Shown here piece after piece: positions 53,245-61,052 of a DNA stretch of 64,000 nucleotides; position 1 is the first letter of the stretch, and each line of letters begins with the position of its first letter. The DNA is taken from positions 320,001 to 384,000 of the forward strand of contig JBMOMC010000002.1 in assembly GCA_049325335.1 (NCBI GenBank), read 5' to 3'. The position numbers were made by a program, and so were the translations under genes. The notes under the pieces are model-generated. The model did no database searches and was not told the origin of the DNA. It saw nothing but the letters and a program-made list of their open reading frames with translations. This DNA comes from Nitrospirota bacterium (lineage in GTDB: Bacteria > Nitrospirota > Nitrospiria > 2-01-FULL-66-17).

Positions 53245-54062
53245 CGGTGCGTCTCATGACCGGGGTGAACGTGATCGTCTTGATCGTGGTCGCGGTCGCT
53301 GCCGTGTTCGCCCCGGCTCTTGTGCCGTTTCCGTACGATGCGCAGGACACCGCGGCCATTTACGCGTCACCGTCGTCCGCGCACTGGATGGGCACCGATC
53401 GCCTTGGCCGCGATCTCTTGTCGCGGATCATCTACGGGACGCGCACGTCGTTGTTGATCGGGCTGGTCTCCGCCGTGATCGCGCTGGCCGTGGGCACGGC
53501 GTACGGCGCGATCTCCGGGTACGCGGGCGGGCGGACCGATCAGGTGATGATGCGGAGCCTGGAGGCATTGTACGCGTTGCCCGACCTGTTGGTCATTATC
53601 CTACTGAGCACGGTCCTGGGACGCGGCATCGTCAGCATGGTCGCGGCGATCAGTCTGGTGGGGTGGATGACCGTGGCGCGCTTGGTGCGGGGCGAAGCGT
53701 TGCGGTTACGCGAGCAGCCGTTCGTGGAAGCGGCGAGGGCGTTGGGAGCGGGCCACGCGAGGATCATCCTGAGGCACCTGCTGCCCCAGACCATGGGCCT
53801 GCTCATTGTCACGCTCACGTTCCGCATCCCGGCCGGCATCTTGGCGGAATCCACGCTGAGCTTCGTGGGCCTCGGCATCGCCCCGCCGCAAGCCAGTTGG
53901 GGCAGCCTGGCCGGCGAGGGCTGGTCCGCGATCAAGTTCTACCCCCACGTGATTTTGTTTCCGAGCCTGGTGATCTTCGTCACCATGCTGGCGTTCAATC
54001 TGCTCGGGGATCGGCTGCAGGACGTCATGGCCCCGGCGAGAAGCCGACGACCGGTCGGGTAG
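53241..54062 (+). CDS. oppC: Oligopeptide ABC permease
   Basis: HWMGTDRLGRD, FVEAARALGA, ESTLSFVGLG, FNLLGD. Confidence 0.92.
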   Translation: MTVRLMTGVNVIVLIVVAVAAVFAPALVPFPYDAQDTAAIYASPSSAHWMGTDRLGRDLLSRIIYGTRTSLLIGLVSAVIALAVGTAYGAISGYAGGRTDQVMMRSLEALYALPDLLVIILLSTVLGRGIVSMVAAISLVGWMTVARLVRGEALRLREQPFVEAARALGAGHARIILRHLLPQTMGLLIVTLTFRIPAGILAESTLSFVGLGIAPPQASWGSLAGEGWSAIKFYPHVILFPSLVIFVTMLAFNLLGDRLQDVMAPARSRRPVG

Positions 54063-54086
54063 GGGCGCCCGGCCGGTCGACCTTAC
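54059..54086. repeat. GTAG-type REP-like palindrome, copy 3 (degenerate)
   Basis: GTAGGGGCGCCCGGCCGGTCGACCTTAC spans both convergent stop codons. Confidence 0.55.
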
Positions 54087-55273
54087 GGGGTGATCTTCAG
54101 GATCTCGCCCGCGTAGTCCACCACGTACAATTCCCGTTGCTCGTCCTCGCCAAACGCGGAAATCCGGTGGTCGGTGTCGAGGAGTTTTTGCTGTTCGATC
54201 ACGGTCGCGCCGTCATAGTGTAACGCCCAGATGCGACCCGTTCCGAAGTCGCCGTAGACATAGGCGCCGCAGAGTGCGGGGATGGCGCTCCCGCGGTACA
54301 CGCGGCCGCCGATCACGGTCGTGCCGTCCGATCGGGGGTAGTCGAAGATCGGAAGATCGAATCCTGACTTTTTGCACTTCGGATTCACACCCGGCGTGCA
54401 AATGGCCCCCTCCATCACGTTCCACCCGTAGTTGCCGCCCTTGCGGATCACGTCGATCTCTTCACGCGCGTTCTGGCCCACATCTCCGGCAAAGAGCCGG
54501 CCCGTGGCCGGATCGAACGCGAACCGCCAGGGGTTGCGCAGACCGTACGCCCAGATTTCCGGCGCCGCGCCTTTTCGCTTCACGAATGGATTGTCCGCTG
54601 GAATCCCGTAGGCCGTGGCGTCTCCGCCGTGGTCCACGTCGATGCGAAGGATCTTGCCGAGCAAGGTGGAGAGTTTTTGTCCATTACCGAGCGGGTCGTT
54701 CCCGGATCCGCCGTCTCCCAAGGCGATGTACAACATGCCGTCCGGGCCGAAGGCGACGTCTCCGCCGTTGTGGTTGGCGTAGGGCTGGGGGATCGTCATC
54801 AGGATCCGTTCGATGCGGGGATCGACTTCATCCGGTTTCGCGCCGACCTTGAATTCCGAGATTACGGTGTGCAGGCCGCCCTTGCGCGACGTGTAGTTGA
54901 CGTACAGTCGGCCGGTCTCAACAAAGTTTGGGTGGAACGCGAGCCCCAGGAGTCCCAGCTCGCCGCCCGACGTGACGCGATCGCGAATATCCAAAAACGT
55001 TTTCGATCCGGCCTGGCCCGGCTTGCGAACCTGAATCGTCCCCCGTTGCTCGACGATGAAGACGCGGCCTGTCCCGTCCCCGGCGGATTGGAAACCGACC
55101 GGCGATTTGAATCCGCTCAACGCGGGTGCGAGCCGGACCTCGGGAAACGACGGCGCGGGGTCCGGGGTGGAACAGAATAGCGCGGCGTGGGCCGGAGCCC
55201 ATGCCGTCATCAAGAACGCGATTAACGGAAGGCCGAAGCGGGTGGCCAGGCCGTGGCGGGTTGTGCGAGACAT
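54083..55273 (-). CDS. PQQ-dependent sugar dehydrogenase (GSDH family beta-propeller)
   Basis: Signal peptide, GLLGLAFHP, NHNGG, GDGG, YGLRNPWR, DVGQ. Confidence 0.9.
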   Translation of the reverse strand: MSRTTRHGLATRFGLPLIAFLMTAWAPAHAALFCSTPDPAPSFPEVRLAPALSGFKSPVGFQSAGDGTGRVFIVEQRGTIQVRKPGQAGSKTFLDIRDRVTSGGELGLLGLAFHPNFVETGRLYVNYTSRKGGLHTVISEFKVGAKPDEVDPRIERILMTIPQPYANHNGGDVAFGPDGMLYIALGDGGSGNDPLGNGQKLSTLLGKILRIDVDHGGDATAYGIPADNPFVKRKGAAPEIWAYGLRNPWRFAFDPATGRLFAGDVGQNAREEIDVIRKGGNYGWNVMEGAICTPGVNPKCKKSGFDLPIFDYPRSDGTTVIGGRVYRGSAIPALCGAYVYGDFGTGRIWALHYDGATVIEQQKLLDTDHRISAFGEDEQRELYVVDYAGEILKITP

Positions 55274-55477
55274 GGCGGTTCCTTTCAGGTCGAGTGATAC
55301 GGTGTTTTGTGCCGCCCATCATGGCAGAGTTTCGTGCAGAGGTCCAGTGGGGGGCCGGAACAAATGGCGTTCTGATGGGAACGGACGGGGTGTCGGTGGA
55401 GCCGGAAGCAGGTCCACGTCCGATGCCTGTGACACCGAGGAGAACTCCTGTGGTGAACTCGACGATTGCCCGGGAGA

Positions 55478-55514
55478 TTGCGTAAGATATCTGATCTGTG
55501 GTATCTTGATATCT
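55478..55514 (+). promoter_or_regulatory. vapBC promoter with overlapping operator-like repeat
   Basis: TTGCGT-18nt-TATCTT overlapped by two GATATC palindromes (55486-55491 and 55508-55513). Confidence 0.5.
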
Positions 55515-55533
55515 GTCTTTTGGAGGCAAGCAC

Positions 55534-55749
55534 ATGAAGACGTCCGTCGAGGTTGATGAAAAACTCTTGGGGCGGGTTAGGCGCCTTCTGGGGACCGAAA
55601 CCATTCGAGACACGATTCGCAAAAGCTTTGAGGCGGTGGTCCGACAGAAGGCGCTGGAGGAATCAGCGCGCCTCATGGGGACGATCGACGTGGACCTGAC
55701 TCCCGAGCAAATCCTAGCCCAGCGCCGCGCGCGTCGTGTACCTCATTGA
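55534..55749 (+). CDS. vapB: VapB antitoxin
   Basis: MKTSVEVDEKLL ribbon-helix-helix-like start. Overlaps the PIN gene. Confidence 0.85.
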   Translation: MKTSVEVDEKLLGRVRRLLGTETIRDTIRKSFEAVVRQKALEESARLMGTIDVDLTPEQILAQRRARRVPH

Positions 55750-56137
55750 CACCTCTGTGTGGGTCCATGTTCTTCGCCCGCACGGCGATTCCGCGACTCA
55801 AGAGCGCCTTCGGCCACTTCTCATCGGTGGTCAAACCGCGCTGATCGATTGGGTGATCCTTGAACTCATGACCGGTATTCGATCGCGGGAAGATGACGCA
55901 ACTCTCCGCACGTTTCTCGGACCTCTACCAAAACTTCCGGTGGATGAGCGCTGTTGGGAGGCGGCGTTCGACTTGGCCGTTGTGCTCAGAAGACGCGGCG
56001 TCACGCCCTCGGCCGCCGACTGCCTCATTGCGGCTTCCGCCATCAGACACCGCGTTCCCTTGATTCACATGGATGGGGATTTCACGGCGATTGCGCGCCA
56101 CAGCCGTCTCAAGGAATTGAGCTGGATCCGTGGATAG
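55736..56137 (+). CDS. vapC: VapC PIN-domain toxin
   Basis: LIDTSVW, ILEL, ADCLIAASA, DGDF acidic tetrad. Confidence 0.9.
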   Translation: MYLIDTSVWVHVLRPHGDSATQERLRPLLIGGQTALIDWVILELMTGIRSREDDATLRTFLGPLPKLPVDERCWEAAFDLAVVLRRRGVTPSAADCLIAASAIRHRVPLIHMDGDFTAIARHSRLKELSWIRG

Positions 56138-56156
56138 AGATACAGACGGGGCGGAT

Positions 56157-57233
56157 TTACTTGAACTTGGGCGGCGGAATCACCACCACCGGGTCGCTGC
56201 TTAAGGCGCGGATGAAGGCGAGTAGATCCATCTTGTCTTGTTCGGTGAGCAGATCGAGCGGCGTGATCAACGGATGGCGGTGGGCTGGGTGTCCTTCGGC
56301 TTTCACGTAAAAATCCAAGACCTCTTCCAGCGTGGCGAACATGCCGTTGTGCATGTAGGGCGCGCTGTCAGCCACTTGCCGCAGGGACGGGGTGCGGAAC
56401 GTTTCCATGTCGTCGTCATTGAGCGTGACCTTGAATCGGCCCGGGTCGTCCGGGACACCGTCGCGCTTTGGCAGGCCCAAGGCATGGAACTGGTTGTCGG
56501 TGAAATTGGGGCCGTTGTGGCACGTCACGCACTTGGCGCGCTCGTTGAAGATTCGCACGCCGCGTTTGGCTGACTCGGACAATGCCGCGTCATCGCCGGC
56601 CATGAAGCGATCCCACGGGGAGTTGTCCGAGAGAATGGTGCGTTCGAACGCGGTCAGGGCTTGGGCAATGCCGTCCGCGCTGGGGCCGGTGCCGAATACG
56701 GAACGAAACGCCTTCACGTAACCGGGGACCGCATTGAGTTCGGCGACCAGTTGGGAGAGATCCTGGTCCATCTCGATCGGATTTTGAATCGGCTCCAGCG
56801 CCTGTTGTTCGAGCGACGTGGCCCGTCCGTCCCAGAAGAACTGGGTGCGGTACGCGACGTTATAGAGCGACGGCACGTTCCGGGTCCCCAATTGTCCCTT
56901 GACGCCCTTGGCCACGGATTGGCCGTTGGAAAATCCAAGCGCCGGGACGTGGCATGAGGCGCAGGCCAAGGTGTTGTCTTTGGACAGACGCGGGTCGAAG
57001 AACAATGTCTTGCCTAGTTCGATTTTCGCCGGTGTCTGCAAGTTGAACGCCGGAGTCGGCGGCGCGAGCAACGGATACAGGTGGAACGGCGGGCTGGGCA
57101 ACGTGTCGAACAAGGTCTGCGGCGGGTAGGCGTCGGACTTCTTGGGCCGGGCCGCCTCAACGGGCGCGGACGCGAATGTCGCGGCGAGGGTCAGGAGGAA
57201 CAGGGTGATGAATAGTACGACGCGACGTGTCAT
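56157..57233 (-). CDS. Di-heme cytochrome c peroxidase/MauG-family protein
   Basis: Signal peptide, LFFDPRLS, CASCH, FWDGRA, CVTCH, PYMHNG. Confidence 0.9.
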   Translation of the reverse strand: MTRRVVLFITLFLLTLAATFASAPVEAARPKKSDAYPPQTLFDTLPSPPFHLYPLLAPPTPAFNLQTPAKIELGKTLFFDPRLSKDNTLACASCHVPALGFSNGQSVAKGVKGQLGTRNVPSLYNVAYRTQFFWDGRATSLEQQALEPIQNPIEMDQDLSQLVAELNAVPGYVKAFRSVFGTGPSADGIAQALTAFERTILSDNSPWDRFMAGDDAALSESAKRGVRIFNERAKCVTCHNGPNFTDNQFHALGLPKRDGVPDDPGRFKVTLNDDDMETFRTPSLRQVADSAPYMHNGMFATLEEVLDFYVKAEGHPAHRHPLITPLDLLTEQDKMDLLAFIRALSSDPVVVIPPPKFK

Positions 57234-57250
57234 GGTGGAAGATGGTCCGG

Positions 57251-58114
57251 CTAATAAATCAGGCGAGCGAGTTTTTCGCGGTACTCCTCCGCGAGTGGAC
57301 TTCTCATGCCGATCACTTCGAAAATTTGAAGCATCAGCTTGCGTGCCGCGTCGTCTTTGAAGTGCCGGTCTTTACCGAGAATCGCGACGTACGCGTCCAG
57401 CGCGTCGCGATAGCGCTGTGCCGCCGCGTACTGGGCGGCCAGTTCGAATCGCGTGTCCAGATCGCCGGGATTCTCGTTGACGGCAGCCTCCAGATCTGCG
57501 ATCGACGGCGCTCCCGCGTTGACTGCCGCCATGTCCATCCTGGCTTTGAGCGCGGTGACCTCGTCCTGCACCTGCACCTGACCCGGTAAACGATCATACG
57601 CGGTCCGGGCCTCGTCCCAGCGCGCCAGGAGCACCAACATCCGGAGTTCGCCGAGTCCGGCGCCGGCGTGTTTTGGGTCCTGGCCCAGGGCATCGCGGTA
57701 CGCGGCCAAGGCGTCGTCCCATCGCTGTTCGCGCTCGAACGTTGCGCCCTGGTCCACCAATTCATCGGCTTTGGTCGGGATCAATCGTTGGAGGAAGGCT
57801 TTGATGGCGGGCTCGGGAAGCGCGCCCACGAACTCGTTGACCACCTTGCCCTTGAAAAAGGCCTTCACATTGGGAATGGTCTGAATCCGGTACCGCTGCG
57901 CCAAGTTCAGATTGCGGTCGGTGTCCACCTTGGCCATGACGACTTTGCCCTGGAAGTCCTCCACCGCGTCTTCGAGGACCGGCCCCAGATACCGGCACGG
58001 CCCGCACCACTCCGCCCAAAAATCCACCACCACGGGGACCGTGTGCGAGCGTGCGATCACCCGCTCCTCAAACGTGGCCTCGTCCGCGTTAAACACCCAT
58101 TCATCATCGGTCAT
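57251..58114 (-). CDS. cnoX: Thioredoxin-TPR chaperedoxin CnoX/YbbN
   Basis: VDFWAEWCGPC followed by TPRs, C-terminal YREKLARLIY. Confidence 0.88.
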   Translation of the reverse strand: MTDDEWVFNADEATFEERVIARSHTVPVVVDFWAEWCGPCRYLGPVLEDAVEDFQGKVVMAKVDTDRNLNLAQRYRIQTIPNVKAFFKGKVVNEFVGALPEPAIKAFLQRLIPTKADELVDQGATFEREQRWDDALAAYRDALGQDPKHAGAGLGELRMLVLLARWDEARTAYDRLPGQVQVQDEVTALKARMDMAAVNAGAPSIADLEAAVNENPGDLDTRFELAAQYAAAQRYRDALDAYVAILGKDRHFKDDAARKLMLQIFEVIGMRSPLAEEYREKLARLIY

Positions 58115-58190
58115 AAGGCCAGCAGTCTAATTCAGTCGTTCGATCGGTAGCAAGGGAGATTTTTGATCTGGTCTGTGATCCCCGCGAAGC

Positions 58191-58361
58191 GGAGCCTGTT
58201 GAGGAACGCGTCAGACGCCCCCTTCGGGGACTTCCGGCATTTGAATTCTTGGCGGTGGGTCGCAAGGCGGAGCGAGCGCCCGCACCGCAGCGTACTGGGT
58301 CGTACGTGAGAAGCGGACGCGCAGGGACAACGCTGCGTATGACCGTTCATCGACAGGCTCC
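58191..58361 (-). repeat. Structured MITE-like repeat, copy C
   Basis: Minus strand GGAGCCTGTC...AACAGGCTCC. Identical 23-nt core at 58288-58310. Confidence 0.8.
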
Positions 58362-60724
58362 TACAGCGAGGTGCGGCGGAGGCGGAGGGAGTTGGCAATG
58401 ACCGACACCGAGCTAAAACTCATCGCCGCGCTGGCCCAAATCGGACTGATCAGCGGCCCCCCGAACGGCACCAGCAGCCCGGCCGCCACCGGCACGCCGA
58501 TCGCGTTGTACACGAACGCGAAGAACAGGTTCTGCCGGATCGTACGCATGGTGGCGCGGCTCAAGCCGCGCGCCCGTGCGATCGCGCGTAGGTCGCCTTT
58601 GACCAAGGTGACGCCCGCGCTCTGCATAGCCACGTCCGTGCCCGCGCCCATGGCGATGCCCACGTGCGCTTGGGCCAACGCGGGCGCGTCGTTGATCCCG
58701 TCACCGGCCATGGCTACGATCCGTCCCTCGGCCTGCAACGCTTGAACGATCTCGCGCTTTTGCGCTGGGAGGACTTCCGCGCGCACATCGTCGAGGCCGA
58801 GGGTCGATGCTACGGCCTGCGCGGTGACGCGCGAATCGCCGGTGACCATCACCACGCGCAGTCCGGCGCGGTGCAGGAGCGCAATGGCTTCGGGCGTGGA
58901 CGGTTTGACGGGGTCGGTCACGGACAACAGGCCCGCGGGCCGGCCGTTCATGGCGAGCCACACCACGGTGGCGCCTTTGCGGCGGTGCTCATCGGCCCGG
59001 ACCGCCAGATCGCCGAGCGCGACGCCTTGCCCGTCGAGAAAGGTTTGCGTGCCGAGCGACACGCGCGCGCCGTCGACCACGCCGCTTACGCCTTGGCCAG
59101 TGACGGAGTGAAACTCCTGCGTGTCCGAGAGTCCGAGCTGGCGGGCCTTGGACGCGGCGACGATGGCGGCCGCGAGTGGGTGTTCGCTGGCGCGTTCCAA
59201 GCTCGCGGCCACGCGCAGGATCTGATCGCCGGTAAACCCCGGCGCGGCCTCGATGCCGGTGAGCGCGGGCTTGCCCTCGGTCAATGTGCCGGTCTTGTCC
59301 ACCACCAGCGTGTCCACGCGTTCGAGAATCTCCAACGCCTCCGCGTTCTTGATCAACACGCCGGTCTCCGCGCCGCGGCCCACGCCCACCATCACGGCCA
59401 TGGGCGTGGCCAGGCCGAGCGCGCATGGGCACGCGATGATCAACACGGCCACGGCATTGACCAAGGCCAGAGCCAAGCGGGGTTCCGGGCCCCAGAGCCA
59501 CCAGCCAATGAACGCGAGCGCGCTGACGGCCATCACCAGGGGGACAAAGTAGCCGGACACGGTGTCGGCCACGTGTTGGATCGGCGCGCGGCTGCGCTGC
59601 GCGTCGCTCACCATGCGGACGATCTGGGCCAACAACGTGTCGGCTCCCACGCGGTGTGCTTTCATGATCACGGAGCCGGTGCCGTTGATGGTCCCGCCGA
59701 CCACGGCCGAACCCGCGGTCTTCTCGACCGGGATGGGCTCGCCGGTAATCATCGACTCATCGACCGACGTGCGGCCCTCGACCACCACGCCGTCCACCGG
59801 GACTTTTTCACCGGGCCTGACCCGTAAGACGTCGTCGCGCTGCACCCGTTCGATCGGGACATCTTCTTCGCGGCCGTCGCGTATCAGGCGCGCGGTTTTG
59901 GGGGCAAGGCCCAGGAGCGCGCGGATCGCGGCGCCGGTGCGGCCGCGCGCGCGAAGCTCCAGCACTTGGCCCAGCAGCACCAGGACGGTGATCACCACCG
60001 CACTGTCGAAGTACGGCTCCACCGCGCCGTGCACGCGAAAGCCTTCCGGGAACAGGCCGGGCGCGATCGTGGCTGCCGCGCTGTAACCGTACGCCGCGCC
60101 CACGCCCACCGCGATCAATGTGAACATGTTGAAATTGCGGCTCACCAACGAGGCCCAGCCGCGCTCGAAAAACGGTTTCCCGGACCAGAGCACCACCGGC
60201 GTGGCCAGGAGCAACTGGAACCAGCTCGAGACGCCCATGGGGACGGCGTGGCGCAGGGTTCCGCCGACCAACATATCGGCCATGGCCAGGGCAAATACCG
60301 GGAATCCGACGATTAAGCCGACCCAGAATCTGCGGGTCATGTCGAGCAACTCGGGATTCGGTCCTTCTGTGATCTGTACGGTGCGGGGCTCCAGCGCCAT
60401 GCCGCAGATCGGGCAGGGCCCCGGTTTATCGCTCAGCACCTCGGGGTCCATCGGGCAGATGTATTCGATCTTGGCGCCGGGCGGCGTAATCGGTGCCGGA
60501 GGAGGCTCCGGTCGTTTGACTGTGAGCGGCGCGCCGATCGTCACGAGTTGCGGCTTCCGTGGTGCGAGGTAGCGAGCCGGGTCGGCGGCGAATCGTTCCT
60601 GACAACTCGGGTTACAGAAATAGTAGGTCGTGCCGTCGTGGACGTGCGTACCACCCTTGGGATTGGCGGTCGGTACGGTCATACCACAAATAGGATCAAT
60701 GGCGGTCTGGGAACGTTCAGCCAT
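58361..60724 (-). CDS. copA: Cu+/Ag+-translocating P1B-type ATPase with YHS domain
   Basis: YHS domain (DPICGM...YYFCNPSC), YICPM...CPICGM, TGE, CPCALG, DKTGT, SEHP, GDGIND, YN and MSFSS. Confidence 0.93.
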   Translation of the reverse strand: MAERSQTAIDPICGMTVPTANPKGGTHVHDGTTYYFCNPSCQERFAADPARYLAPRKPQLVTIGAPLTVKRPEPPPAPITPPGAKIEYICPMDPEVLSDKPGPCPICGMALEPRTVQITEGPNPELLDMTRRFWVGLIVGFPVFALAMADMLVGGTLRHAVPMGVSSWFQLLLATPVVLWSGKPFFERGWASLVSRNFNMFTLIAVGVGAAYGYSAAATIAPGLFPEGFRVHGAVEPYFDSAVVITVLVLLGQVLELRARGRTGAAIRALLGLAPKTARLIRDGREEDVPIERVQRDDVLRVRPGEKVPVDGVVVEGRTSVDESMITGEPIPVEKTAGSAVVGGTINGTGSVIMKAHRVGADTLLAQIVRMVSDAQRSRAPIQHVADTVSGYFVPLVMAVSALAFIGWWLWGPEPRLALALVNAVAVLIIACPCALGLATPMAVMVGVGRGAETGVLIKNAEALEILERVDTLVVDKTGTLTEGKPALTGIEAAPGFTGDQILRVAASLERASEHPLAAAIVAASKARQLGLSDTQEFHSVTGQGVSGVVDGARVSLGTQTFLDGQGVALGDLAVRADEHRRKGATVVWLAMNGRPAGLLSVTDPVKPSTPEAIALLHRAGLRVVMVTGDSRVTAQAVASTLGLDDVRAEVLPAQKREIVQALQAEGRIVAMAGDGINDAPALAQAHVGIAMGAGTDVAMQSAGVTLVKGDLRAIARARGLSRATMRTIRQNLFFAFVYNAIGVPVAAGLLVPFGGPLISPIWASAAMSFSSVSVIANSLRLRRTSL

Positions 60725-60820
60725 AAGAAGGGCTCCGAATGCTCCGCAGCCTATCGCATCGCCAGAGTCTATTCAAGGCGCGACCTGGGCCGTTGTTACC
60801 AACACTACGAAAGAAAAGGC

Positions 60821-60850
60821 TTGACCTCTTTGTTAAAAGTGTGCTACGAG
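60821..60850 (+). promoter_or_regulatory. Possible sigma70 promoter for the large surface-protein gene
   Basis: TTGACC-18nt-TACGAG with TG extension, in an AT-rich divergent region. Confidence 0.4.
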
Positions 60851-61052
60851 TGAGACTCCAACGACACGCTGGTTGTTTCAACTGAGGAGCCGCATGGGCT
60901 CATCTCACGTTCCGGAGTATCGGATTCCTCGCGCGGAGGAACTATCCGCCACGCGAGCCCATCCGTGTCCGTCTTCAAATTTCTCGGTTCCTTCCGCGAC
61001 GCGTGTTACGGTCAAAAATTTTCCTTCCCACGATTCAACTCAGAGGGCGACG

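Noticed and set aside
55329..55400. Minus-strand GGACCTCTGCACGAAAC resembling an IS terminal repeat next to vapBC
   Set aside because: No partner repeat, target duplication or transposase was found. The resemblance is too weak without an ISfinder search.
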